The notes under the pieces are model-generated. The model worked only from the letters and a program-made list of their open reading frames with translations. It had not been told where the DNA came from and made no database searches. A program made the translations under genes and the position numbers. This document shows, piece by piece, positions 30,508 through 52,590 of a DNA stretch of 64,000 nt; position 1 is the stretch's first letter, and every line of letters begins with the position of its first letter. This DNA is from the human T2T-CHM13v2.0 reference genome, Homo sapiens, in assembly GCF_009914755.1 (NCBI RefSeq), contig NC_060939.1. One strand, given 5' to 3'.

Positions 30508-32836
30508 TGTGAACCTGAGGGCATCATGTTGTAAGGAGATGGGGGCTGCGGTGACTCGCGGGATCAGGAATTTCAAGAGAACCGAGCGGAAAGGGAAATC
30601 CGCAACATGAAGCCCTCTCTCGCTCCCAGGCACCCCTCTACCAGCAGCCTCCTGCCAGAGCAGATTAGTCTCTATCCAGAAATTAAGGGAGAGATTGCTC
30701 GTAAAGATGACAAGCTGCTGTCATTTCTAAAATATGTGTGTGTTGATTCCAAAGATCCTGTGTCTTCCGTGCAGCTGAAAGCTGCTGAAACACGTCAGGA
30801 GCCAAAGAAATTCAGATTGCCGAAAGGCCATCACTTTGATATGATAAATATTAAGAGCATTCCCAAAGGCAAAATTTCCACTGTAGAAGCATTGACACTT
30901 TTCAATAATCATAAACTTTATCCAGAAACATGAACTGCTGAGAAAATAGCGCAAGAATATCATTTAGAACAGAAAGATGTGAATTCCCTTCTTAAATATT
31001 TTGTTACTTTTGAAGTCAAAATCTTCCCTCCTGAAGACAAGAAAGCAATACAATCAAAATGAAGAAAATCACAAAAATTTCCTATGTGTACTCCTCATCC
31101 CTCATCCTGTATATTTTCTTATTTTTGCATATTAAATTATGTTAATTACCAAGTGTTTAATGCTCTCATTGTGAGAGCATCCTCTTAATATTTATTGAGC
31201 TCCCTGAATTTTCAAGATTGCCATAGACTGTATTTTGTTTTCTTTTAATTTGGTTTAGGCATATTTCATATGTACATGTTAGCATGACTAATCAGCACAT
31301 CTGTACCTTTATTATAAGTAAAAGAGTTAATTTGTTATTTTAGACACATCATACCAACTTTTAAATTGGTCATATGACCCCTTGGGAAGTGTCCTGAATC
31401 CCTCATTTAAGTTTTCCTATCCAATTTAGGTGTTTAGTTCATTCTTCATATGTGATAGTGAAAGTAAAAGCTTTCCTGACTCTTAAGACTGACATTTTCT
31501 TGCTAGGGAAAGAGACTCGATAGTAAGGTAGACTAACAGTATTTCCCAAATAAAGGCACATAGGAGAAAATAAAGAATCAATAAAATCTAATTAAAATTA
31601 CTACCCCAGGGAATAAGAAGTATTGAGGATTTATTTTATTTTGAATTGGTTTTAAGTATGGAATAATTGTCTTTACAGTTATAAAAAGTAATTAGTGGTG
31701 TTTACGAAATGTTGGGAATTTCTGCTTTGACAAATAGTTAAGTCCCATGGCCTTCAGAGAGAGAGGCAGTAGTAGAAACTTTCGAAAAAGTAACATTTCT
31801 CTGGATTTAACATGGAACTAGAAAAATTTAAAGAATAATTAAAAAACCATGGTAAATGAAATTTGGTGATTATATATAGTTTTGGATGTTAATGCTAGTT
31901 GAGAGAAGAGAGAAAAAATAGCAAGTAGAAGCAGAGAACAGGATCATTGGAAGGGACCTGAGAAATTGCTGCTTTATCCATTTTAGCAAACTTATTAGCA
32001 CGGCATGTACCAGTACTAGGATCTTGAGTAAGAGTGTGTGAGTTTAGCTCTGCCTAATATATTACTACTTGTGGGATCTTTGGGAGACTATGTCCTCTTT
32101 GAGATTGAATTTCTTCTATAAAATGAGCATAATGCTACCTTACTTAAATTTAAGGGTTATCATGAAGATAAGTGAAATAGTAAAGGACTACAAAAGACCA
32201 AGGGAATAATGAATTTTTTTTTTGTAGTGGAGAAACGCCTGGGGAGAATATATGACCTAAGGTTTCTGTAGTTTATGACCTAACCAGGCCCAGAACTTAG
32301 TTTTTCAAATCCTAGTAGTGTGTTTTTTCTGATGTGCCAAAAAGCAGCACACCTCAGAGAAGGGAATAAGTGTGAATTGTGGGTATATTGGGGTTATCAG
32401 TGTGCTTCTGAGGGAAGATAGGCATCACTACTTCCCAGAGATGCCCCTGGAAATGATACAGAAGATGCTAAAGAATTCAACAAGATGACGGAATGAGGCA
32501 TTTGTAGTAATGCTGAGAACAGAAAAATGAACTAAGTGGAAAATTTGTAAGCATGTCTTTGAATGTAGATTGGTTAGGTGAACAAACTACCTAGTTTATT
32601 TTTAGTTCAGTACAATAATTGTTTTAAGAAAACATGAAATAACTACTCAATATAAAATGCATTTTAAAACTCCTGTAAATCAGTCAAAACTTTATTCCAT
32701 TTGTCATAATGGTAACTAGTTGAGTCACTAATACTAGTACACTCTTATTTCTGAGCCATCTTTATTCATATCTACATTGTGTGGTTAGGCAGCTGTTATG
32801 TGGTATCACATGATAAAAGATTTCTTCCCATACCAT
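30508..32836 (+). pseudogene. NDUFAF4P1: Processed pseudogene of NDUFAF4 (complex I assembly factor); CDS remnant 30539-31062 plus long 3'UTR
   Basis: Intronless match to NDUFAF4 (MGA.V.RGIRNF...[11 protein letters not shown]...EDKKAIQSK*); ~4-nt deletion near 30577; TGG>TGA at 30931; candidate TSD taaaaaatacattac (30493-30507) / taaaaaaatactattac (32837-32853), so the right end is less certain. Confidence 0.9.
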
Positions 32837-33051
32837 TAAAAAAATACTATTACACAAAATCATTGGCAGAATTCAAAATAAAGAAAAAAATGAAATAAAG
32901 GGGAAAAACTGCTTTTCAAATAGGTAGCATTTTCCACGTAAACTTCCAGATCTGTCCACGTGACTCCACAAATGGTTATGTAGTTAAGCATATAGATTTG
33001 GATTATTTTTGCATCTATGTAGCAGCATAGGTCAATATTTGGTTGTTTATA

Positions 33052-35110
<2,059 letters not shown>

Positions 35111-35839
35111 TCACTTTCAGAAGTTAGACAGTAAATCACATGGTTACTCTACTTTTAATTGTTCAAAAGAGAAAATAGGATCCCGAGGTAGTTAAGAGGT
35201 TTATTTGCTCAGAGTAATCAAAGTTTCATAGTTTTACTTTGTACTCAAGATAGCAGTTGCAAAATGGATAATATGCTTAACAAATGCATACTGATCACAT
35301 ATATGAAACTGCATGTTGATTTACATTTAAATATATTGCATAATTTGCTGCTTTTAAATGTAATGCCTTATTCCTACAATGGGAAAATAAGTATGCAAAT
35401 AAGCTGGTAAGTAGGAAGACTGGGTGAACGGCAGCTAAATTTTGAGTATAATTTCCTTGGCCATGACCAAATTTATTAAGTCTAGTCTGGAAATTTACTA
35501 ACAGCAGTTGAAAAGGTCTTCACTGTGCTGAGCATGCTGCTTGAGTACACAGGTGCTAATAAGTGCTAGTTGGATAAATAAAAATGTTAATAGATTAATC
35601 TTTCTGTATCACACATCAAAATATTTTTCTGTCCTTAAAAATCCATGTAAATGTGACCTTATTCACATAGCCTATCCTGAATACTTTATACCGTTAAGAT
35701 ACTCTCTTTTATTTTTTCTTGACATTAATTTTATTCAATGGTAAATAATAGAAAATTGTAATTTTAACAGAGTGTATTTGTGTGACATGCTGCCCTTGTT
35801 GAAAGTGGATCCTATGTTTTTAAAACATATTTTCATAAA

Positions 35840-37850
35840 ATGGCATTATTGAGGTATTATTCAGTAGCTTCATTTACCTCAATAAGGTAAATTAAGCTGC
35901 ACATACTTAAAGTATAAAATTTATTTATTTATTTTATTTTATTTTTTGAGATGGAGTCTTGCTTTGTTGCCCAGTCTAGAGTGCAGTGGCATGATCTCGG
36001 CTCACTACAACCTCCGCCTCCTGGGTTCAAGCGATTCTCCTGCCTCAGCCTCCCTAGAAGCTGGAATTACAGGTACTCACCACCACGCCCAGCTAATTTT
36101 TGTATTTGTAGTAGTGATGAGGTTTCGCCATGTTGGCCAGGCTGGTCTCGAACTCCTGACCTCAGGTGATCCACTCGCCTTGGCCTCCCAAAGTGCTGGG
36201 ACTACAGGCATGAGCCACCACTCCCAGCCTTAAAGTATAAAATTTAATGAACTTTGACATATGTATACACCTGTGAAACTATCACGACACAAGATAATGA
36301 ACATATTATCACTGCAAAATTTCCTCTCAGATTCCTTGCAGAAATTTCTCTCCTCCCCCCTTAACTTTTCCCAGGTAACTGCTGATCTACTTTTTGTCAC
36401 TATAGATTAGTTTACATTTTCAGGAATTTTATATAAATGGAATCATGCAATATGTACTCTCATTTTCCTGGTTTCTTTCACTTAGTATAATTATGTTGAG
36501 ATTTGTCCAGGTTGTTGCATGTATCAGTTGGTTGTTTCTTTTTATTGCTGAATATTCATTACATGGATATATTACAATTCATCTTACCCATTTATCTGTT
36601 GATAGATATTTTAAGTTTTTTTCAGTTTGTGGCTAATATAAATGAAGCTGCTAAGAACATTTGTGCACAAGTTTTTGTGTGGACATATGTTTTGTTTCTC
36701 TTGGGTAATTTATGGTAGACAGACTCTGGTGGCTACCCATTATCTATTTCCTTGAATAATTCTTTGCTTTTTGAGCGTGAGTGGGATCTGTGACTTGCTT
36801 CTAACTAAAATACAGCAAAGGTGATATACGTGATTATATATACATGATTACATTATACAAGATTGTTAAGTCAATCCTGATAGGAAAGATGATCTCCTGT
36901 GCTGGCTTTGAGGAAGGCAAGTGCCCATGTTGGGAAGGACAACACAACAGGGAGCTGATGGTGGCATCTGGTTAGCAGCCAGCCAAAAAATAAAAAATAT
37001 GGTCTTAGTCTGACAGCCCACAAGGAACTGAATGCTGCTAACAGCCATGTGCTCTTGGAAGTGAATCCTTCCCCAGTTGAGCCTCAAATAAGCCTTTGTG
37101 AGACCTTAAAACAGGATGGAAAATTGTGAGATAATAAATGTGTATTTATTTATACTACTACATTTGTAGTAATATTGTTACGCAGAATAGATGTGAATGC
37201 AGTTAGTAAATATCTTGTAGTGAAATGGTTGGGTCATATGGTAGGTATATATTTAACTTTTTAAGAAACTCTCAAATTGTTTTCCTAAGTGGTTTTACCA
37301 TTTTGCATATCCAACAGCAGTGCATAAGAGTTCTAGTTGCTCCACATCCTTGCCAACATTTAGTGTGGTCAATCTTTTTAACTTTAGCTACTCTAGCAGG
37401 AATGTAGCAGTATACTATTGTAGTTTTAATTTGCATTTACTTAATAACTAATGTTGAACATTTTTTGTGTGCTTATTTGTCATCCATGTATCTTCTTTGG
37501 TGAAATGTTTTTAAATATATTTTGCCTATTTTTTAAACTGGGTTGTTTATCTTATTACTGTTGAGTTGTAAGAGTTCTTTATGCTTTTTGTGTTGTATTC
37601 ATCTTTGTCATACCTAAGGGCACTGAGATTTTCACTTATGTTTTTTTCTGGAAGTTTTATATAGTTTTACCTCTTACATTTAGGTCTGCGATCCATTTCA
37701 AATTTAATTTTCGTGTATAGTGTGAATGAATGTGGAGGTTCATTAGTTTGCATATGGATGTCAAATTGTTCCAGCATCATTTGTTGAAAAGATACGCTTT
37801 TTCAATTGAGTTGTCTTGGCACCTTTGTCAAAAATCCAATGACAGTTTAA
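35840..37850 (-). mobile_element. Old L1M 3' region interrupted by an Alu (35922-36229, -) and an MLT1 LTR (~36711-37200)
   Basis: L1 3' motifs on the minus strand; Alu TSD cttaaagtataaaattta; MLT-like cagcccacaaggaactgaatgctgc...gagataataaatgtgt. Confidence 0.8.
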
Positions 37851-38427
37851 TTGTCAGCATAATTTGATCCTTTTAAAATATATTTTTCATAATTGTATGC
37901 TACCTTGTATTACAATTATTTCCATTTATTCATTATTAAACAGAAAGCTCCTTGAGGACACAACTGTCTTTCTTACTTCTGAATTCTCTGAAATGCAGCA
38001 TATGCCTTGCTTATAGAAGATTCTCAATGAAAATGTGATGTGTTTAAGTAAACTTTAGCATTCATGACTCTTCACAGGCCTTGGCTGAGTCATACCAAAC
38101 AGGTTTATGATTTGGCATCCTTTCAGACCAATCATCTTTAAAATTTTTTTTTACTATATTAATTTGGGGAGACTGAACACTGTGTGTTAGAAGAGCAGAA
38201 AAAGAGGACTCCTTTTGTATTAGTAAAGTTCTGGAAAGAAAACTCGTGGCATACTCAGGGAAGTTAACTGAAAATTTAATTAAGGGACTATTTATAGAGA
38301 TGGAGGCAGGGTTAAGGGAATCAACAACTACTTATACTAAGCCTTCAGAATGCTCCAGACTGCAATTATATCTTTCATCTCTATAGTTGACATAGGAGGA
38401 ATATGCTAATACAGTATGATTAAGCAT

Positions 38428-38520
38428 TGAAGGGGTTCAGAATATGCCACCCCAAAATATGCTACTTTGGCCTAAGTATTATTTTGAGCCGAAGCCAATT
38501 GACAACCAGTAGATGCAGTT
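38428..38520 (+). mobile_element. ERV1 LTR 5' fragment (MER34-like)
   Basis: tgaaggggttcagaatatgccaccccaaaatatgc. Confidence 0.55.
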
Positions 38521-38602
38521 ATGTCAGTCACTGGAGAGCGTTAGCAAATGTATTCCAAAAAAAAAAAAATTGCTTAAGATAATAACCACAATCAGCTCCT
38601 CA

Positions 38603-42962
<4,360 letters not shown>

Positions 42963-43277
42963 TTACTGATGTCCCTAAACATTTTACATTTTTTTTAAAA
43001 TTTAGGTTATCTCCCTATTAAAACTATTTACAAGTGACAGTGATGACTCCTGTTACTCAAAATTAAACCAAAATGAACATCAAACTGGGATTTATTGGGG
43101 CCCAGAAACAAGAAGATATAATTCATTCATTTGAAAATGATAAAGAGGGACTGAAATAATAGTGAGAAAGCTGCCCTGAGACCAGAGTAACTTTGTTTCT
43201 TTGATGTATCATTTACAGTAATAACCCAACGGGGTGCCAAGGGGCTGCCACTCTTTGGCTATGCTTTATTGTCCATT

Positions 43278-43361
43278 CACACTTTGTCTCCATGTTTCCT
43301 TCCCCCTTCCTCCTGTATACATGTATACAGAAGGGGGAAGGAAACATGGAGACAAAGTATG
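43278..43361 (-). ncRNA. MIR4716: miRNA hairpin hsa-mir-4716
   Basis: 28-bp perfect inverted arms (43281-43308 / 43331-43358) around an 18-bp palindrome; the arm AAGGGGGAAGGAAACATGGAGA matches the recalled miR-4716-3p. Confidence 0.85.
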
Positions 43362-44149
43362 CATATACATATAGAAATTCTGGAGCAGTAACTTACTGAT
43401 GTATACAACTTATCGAATCTCTCTGAGTTATGCTACTACCCCTAGTGTGTTGGGCATGTTGGCTCAAACTTCCTTAATCAGGAAACTTTGGAATGGGTTT
43501 ATTGCTAGCTGTCTTTGCTTGGGTTTAATCTCAATATTTCTGAGGTGCAAAGTGCACTAGATTGAGAGTTAATAGATCTGAATTTTAATTCCAGTTTTGT
43601 TCCCAATGATCACTGTGACCTCAGGCACATCATTTCACCTTTCGTCGTTCATTCAGTTTATCTTACCTATTCATTAAAAACCAATCTGCCTGCCCCCAGT
43701 TGCTTTCTAGTGGTAGTGATGATGGAGGTGGTGAGAGACACAATAAATACATAAGCAAATAGGAGAACTATGAAGGAAGGAAAAGTTAGTGATGTACTAG
43801 GGATAGTGTACTTTTGATAGGGCATCTAGGATTTCTCTAGATAAGTGAAAAATGAAGAGGTTTAACTGGATGCTAAGGGGTCTTGCACATTAAAAGGCAT
43901 GTGTTTCCGTCTTTTCACTACTGTGTTCTAGGAAGGCCCACCAATGCCTCTAACCTGTAAATAAATGCAAATCTATTTAAATCAAGTGATACATCAATTT
44001 TATGTTGCTTGATTTGGAAGTAATCCGCAAAGAAGCAATAGCTAAACATTTTAGTGTTGTTTGGGGAGTAGCTGCTGAACAATAAAGACCAAAACCATAA
44101 CTAAAAAACAAACAAACAAACAAAAAAACGCAGCCCGAGACAGATCAGA

Positions 44150-44760
44150 AACTAGGTGTATGTAGGGCGCCAGGTTATGACACTGTTCTCTGACATCCAC
44201 AGGGCGCAAAAAGAAAACCTCACTAGTCAGCTTCGCACGTGCTCTGCGCAGGGGCTCCTGCGAGGCCCTAGTCCCTCCCTGGGAGCTAAGAGCAGGACGG
44301 AGGCTGTACCTGACTGCTGCTTGGAGGGAACCCTGGCTGAGTCCAGGGAGGAGGAGCCAGAGGAGGGGCCGATTGGAAGCAGCCACCTCAGCGAAGCTGC
44401 AGGATTTCCGCAGGGCGGGAGCTGTTTATCTCCCGGAAGAAAACGGCTCCTGTCACAGAAGTCTCGTGATTGCTCTGGGAGCTTTGCTTAGACACTTGAA
44501 ACTACAGGAGAAAGAAGGATCTAGCGAAATATGGCTACAGAGAGCCCTGCTACGCGTCGGGTCCAGGTGGCAGAACATCCTAGGTGGGGGAGAGGAGACG
44601 CCGGGCTTTGGGATCTGCTGGGTTGGCTACGTGTAGATCGGGTCCACAGCACTTGGCTCCTCCCTTGGGGCGCTGCTTTTGGTCCCGGGGAGCAAGTGGA
44701 ACCCTTGGGATTCTATAAGGACACGTGGCTGGGCTTGCAAAAAAGATCACGCCGCAAACA
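44150..44760 (+). promoter_or_regulatory. GALK2 proximal CpG-rich promoter
   Basis: Local CpG enrichment; E-box cacgtg (~44236), tgcgca, reverse CCAAT (attgg ~44372), ETS ccggaag (~44433). Confidence 0.8.
44531..44583 (+). CDS. GALK2: GALK2 (N-acetylgalactosamine kinase) proximal first coding exon (MATESPATRRVQVAEHPR)
   Basis: aatATGg Kozak; matches the GALK2 N-terminus; CCT AG|gtgggg donor, phase 2; exon 2 is not seen in the window. Confidence 0.95.
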
Positions 44761-45239
44761 CATTCTACCTTGACTACTACGAAGGGTTGTATGTTTTTTT
44801 CTTCATCCATGCAGATTCTTCTTTTCCTTTTCTTGTTGTAATTAGTGTACTCTTTCTACTGGGCTTCAGCAGAAATGCCCATATCCACACTGAACTCCTC
44901 TCTTTGTCTCGCATGCCAGTTGATACTGCTTTTTAAAAGTCTTCTTTCTAAATATTAATTGAAAACAAACACAAAAACCTTCTTGGTGTCTGCATCCTCT
45001 TTAAAACAAAACAAAACAAAAACACGAGAATCTCTGAACTGTCACTTAGGGAATTAATTTGCTGGCAGTCCCTAGCTACACAGTAACTAATAGTTTAGTG
45101 ATGTCTCGGGGAGGATCTTTTCAGTTACAGGTACTTTGTAGAAATACTTCGTTCTGACTAATGGGGCTGAGGTCTCATAAAATGAAGTCTGTCACCTGCT
45201 ACATTAGCGAAGGGCTTTCCTGACTCTCTGCTTTTGCTG

Positions 45240-48851
<3,612 letters not shown>

Positions 48852-49062
48852 TATTTCTTGTTATTTTTAGAAACTCTTTTTATATGTGTGTATTTTTGTA
48901 TTTGTATGTATTTTTAATAGAAACCATTTATTCTATATATATTATAAATATAGTTTCTAGTTTAACTTTATGACATCTTATGTAGACATTTTATAATTTA
49001 TGCATTGTAGTATGTTGAATAATAATGATGATAGCATCTTTGTCTTCACCCTTATTTTAATA

Positions 49063-49722
49063 TGTCATCCAAATGACCACCAGAATGGTGAGATAGTAGA
49101 AAGAAGAGCTTTATTGGCACTATCAGTTTGTAGACCAGAAGAGAGAGTCTGCAGTGTGGACTGAAGGTGTTCTAACTTCGAGTAGGGAAGAGGAAGTTTG
49201 GGTTTTAGGCCCCACAGAGTCTGTCTTATACAATAGAGTCATACATATTCAGTAGGTTTTGGGGAAAAGCTATACATATTTATGAGGGGAGCCAAGCACA
49301 TGCGCAGTGGGTAAACATATATGTAACATACATCCCATGTTCCCTTCGTGGCAGGTTTTAGCATTAAAATGAGGTGGAATTTGGCTCACATAACAAGGTG
49401 AGCTATAGGACACAAAGACAGTTAGTGCACAGCCTTTATAGGCTGGCTGAAACTAGCTTAAGGTCTGCAGTTGTTTATCAGAAAAGAATGTTTGTAAGGC
49501 TGGTCCTCTGTCCAATCAGAGTTGTAGTGGCCTGGATCATAAGTCAGAGTTAGGAGGTGTCCAATAGCTGCTATTGCTAGGGGGTTTAGCAAGAGAGTGG
49601 TTTTACTTGTAGCCATGAGAATTTAGGAAGTTGTTACACCTCGACCTGTAACTTTTGTTACCTTAACTTTAGAGTCCCCCTTACCTGATAAAGGGACATC
49701 TACTTAAGTTTCTCAGATCACA
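49063..49722 (-). mobile_element. ERV1 (MER4-group) solo LTR inserted into an old L1
   Basis: TG...CA ends, near-TSD aata/aatg, minus-strand AATAAA (~49108-49113); the flanks rejoin as L1 ORF2 sequence. Confidence 0.75.
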
Positions 49723-49819
49723 AATGGGAATGCTTCTAATATTTTGCCATCAAATATGATGTTTGCTGTTTCTGGTAAACATCCTTTATTAAATTAAGGA
49801 CATGCCCTTTTCTAGTAGG

Positions 49820-50696
49820 TGAGAAAAGAAAAATAGCTCTGAGCCATCTGAGGTATGTTAAGGGAGGCGACCACCTCTCATATTGTCTTATGCCCAATTT
49901 CTGCCTCCAAAAAAAGAAGTAAAAACTAAAAGGCAGAAATGAAATCCACAAGCAGACAGCCCAGTGCCACACCCTGGGCCTGGTAGTTAAAGATCAACCC
50001 CTGACCTTATCAGTTACTTGCATAAAAAAGCACTGTGAAGATCCCTGTCCTGTTCTGTTCCCTTCTAATTACCAGTGTATGCATCCCCCAGTCAAGTACC
50101 CCCTGCTTGCTCAATCGATCATGACCCTCTCATGTGGACCCCCTTAGAGTTGTGATCCCTTAAAAGGGACAGGAATTGCTCACTCGGGGAGCTCGGCTCT
50201 TGAGACAGGAGTCTTGCTGATGCTCCCGGCTGAATAAACCCCTTCCTTCTTTAACTTGGTGTCTGAGGGGTTTTGTCTGTGGCTTGTCCTGCTACAATGT
50301 GAGATATGCAAAGATTTATCAGGCCCAGAGAGACATGAATATGGCACTTTAGTCACATCCCTCGCCCTCCTTGCACCCATGTGCCAGGGGGCAATCATTT
50401 AAAGACCTTTTGTTCCTGACTTCCCCTGTTCCTGCTTCCCCTGTTATCTTGATGTTCCTGTAATCTGTGATACAAAGTACAGCCAATCAATAGGTTATGC
50501 TATTTTAATGTAAATTCTTGGTAAACAAGTTAGGAACCACCCCATTTTTTTCCTTTAAAAACCACTAGTAACTACTGCTAATCAGAGGGTATATTCATGT
50601 TAACTTGAATCTATGTTCCTGGGTTGCAATCTTCAAACTTGGCCCAAATAAACTCTGTATTAAGTTTGCCTCACTTTTTTTGTCTTTAGATCAACG
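49820..50696 (+). mobile_element. ERV1 (MER4-group, MER66-like) solo LTR hosting a nested LTR2
   Basis: tgagaaaagaaaaatagctc...; AATAAA at 50647; the two halves rejoin as gaggtatgtgagatatgc. Confidence 0.7.
49859..50296 (+). mobile_element. HERV-E solo LTR (LTR2 family)
   Basis: taagggaggcgaccacctctcatattgtcttatgcccaatttctgcctcc...gaataaacc...gtcctgctaca; 4-bp TSD atgt (49855-49858 / 50297-50300). Confidence 0.88.
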
Positions 50697-51780
50697 CATG
50701 ACAGAGATTTAAAAAATTTTATATTTTATTTTTAAAAATAAGGAATGGCTATGAAAATACATTTGTTTCTTATTTGGATTTTTTGAGAGGATCATGAAGT
50801 CATAGAATTTTCTTCTTTTTATTCTGTTAGCATAGTTCATTTAATCAACAGATTTCTGGTGCTGATTACCTTCATATTCCTGGAATGAACTCTGCTTGGT
50901 CACATAGGTTATTTTAGGTAATTACTGCATTAAATTTACCGACATTTTATTTAGGGTTTTTCTATCTATTTCCACAAGTGAGATTAGCCTATAGTTTGCT
51001 TTTGAGGGCCATTCTTGTCAAATGTAAGCATCTGGGTTAGACCAGCCTCCTAAAATGAGATGGGAAACTTTCCACAGCTTCTATTATTTAGAACCATTTA
51101 TAAAAAGAAAATACCACTTTTTCCTTGAAGGTCCAACCAACTTGTTGTAACACTTTTTGGGCTTTGTTTCTGACAACTTTTCTATTTCTTTATTTTTAAA
51201 CTCTTGTGTCAATTTTAGAAATTTGTATTTTTTCTAGAAAAATCAGCCATTTAAAAATTTTTAAATCTTTTTAAAATTTATGTTTGTCTATTATTTCTAG
51301 TATTGATTATGTTTAATGACACTCAAAGTTCTTTTTCTATATATTTTTTTAAATTGAAGAACCACCTTGTAATTTTTTTATCCAATCTGCTATTTTCCCC
51401 TGGTTCAATAAATTTTGCTTTTATCTGTTAATTTGCTTCTTCTAATTTATTTAACTACTTTTTGCTAGGTTCCTATGTTATATGCATACTTTATTTATTT
51501 TCATTATTTATTTTCTTTTTTTCTTTTAAATAATTTATGTTAAACCTATTGTATCACACAGTATGTTTTAAACACTGCCAGATAACTCCCTAATCAGATA
51601 AAGCAAAGACAAAAAAGTTTATCTTACTAGAAACAAGATACATCATCACTTATAGTTTTCAAACATTATTGCACTTTAACTGTCATAATTTGACAAAGAA
51701 TTCATGAAATAATCTACAGACTAGTTTTAACAGACAAATAATACTTGTAAGCAGACATGACTGTCCTAAATTGTTTTTTA

Positions 51781-52391
<611 letters not shown>

Positions 52392-52433
<42 letters not shown>

Positions 52434-52590
52434 GTATAAATATGTCTATATGTATAAATAAAAATATATGTACATGTATATCATATATACATGTACATAT
52501 ATGTATGCACATATATGTATGTACATATATACATGATGTACATGTATATCATGTATACATGTATATATATGTACATATATATATATATGT
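52392..52590. repeat. (TA)16 plus a TA/TACATG-rich low-complexity tract
   Basis: Direct reading. Confidence 0.92.
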
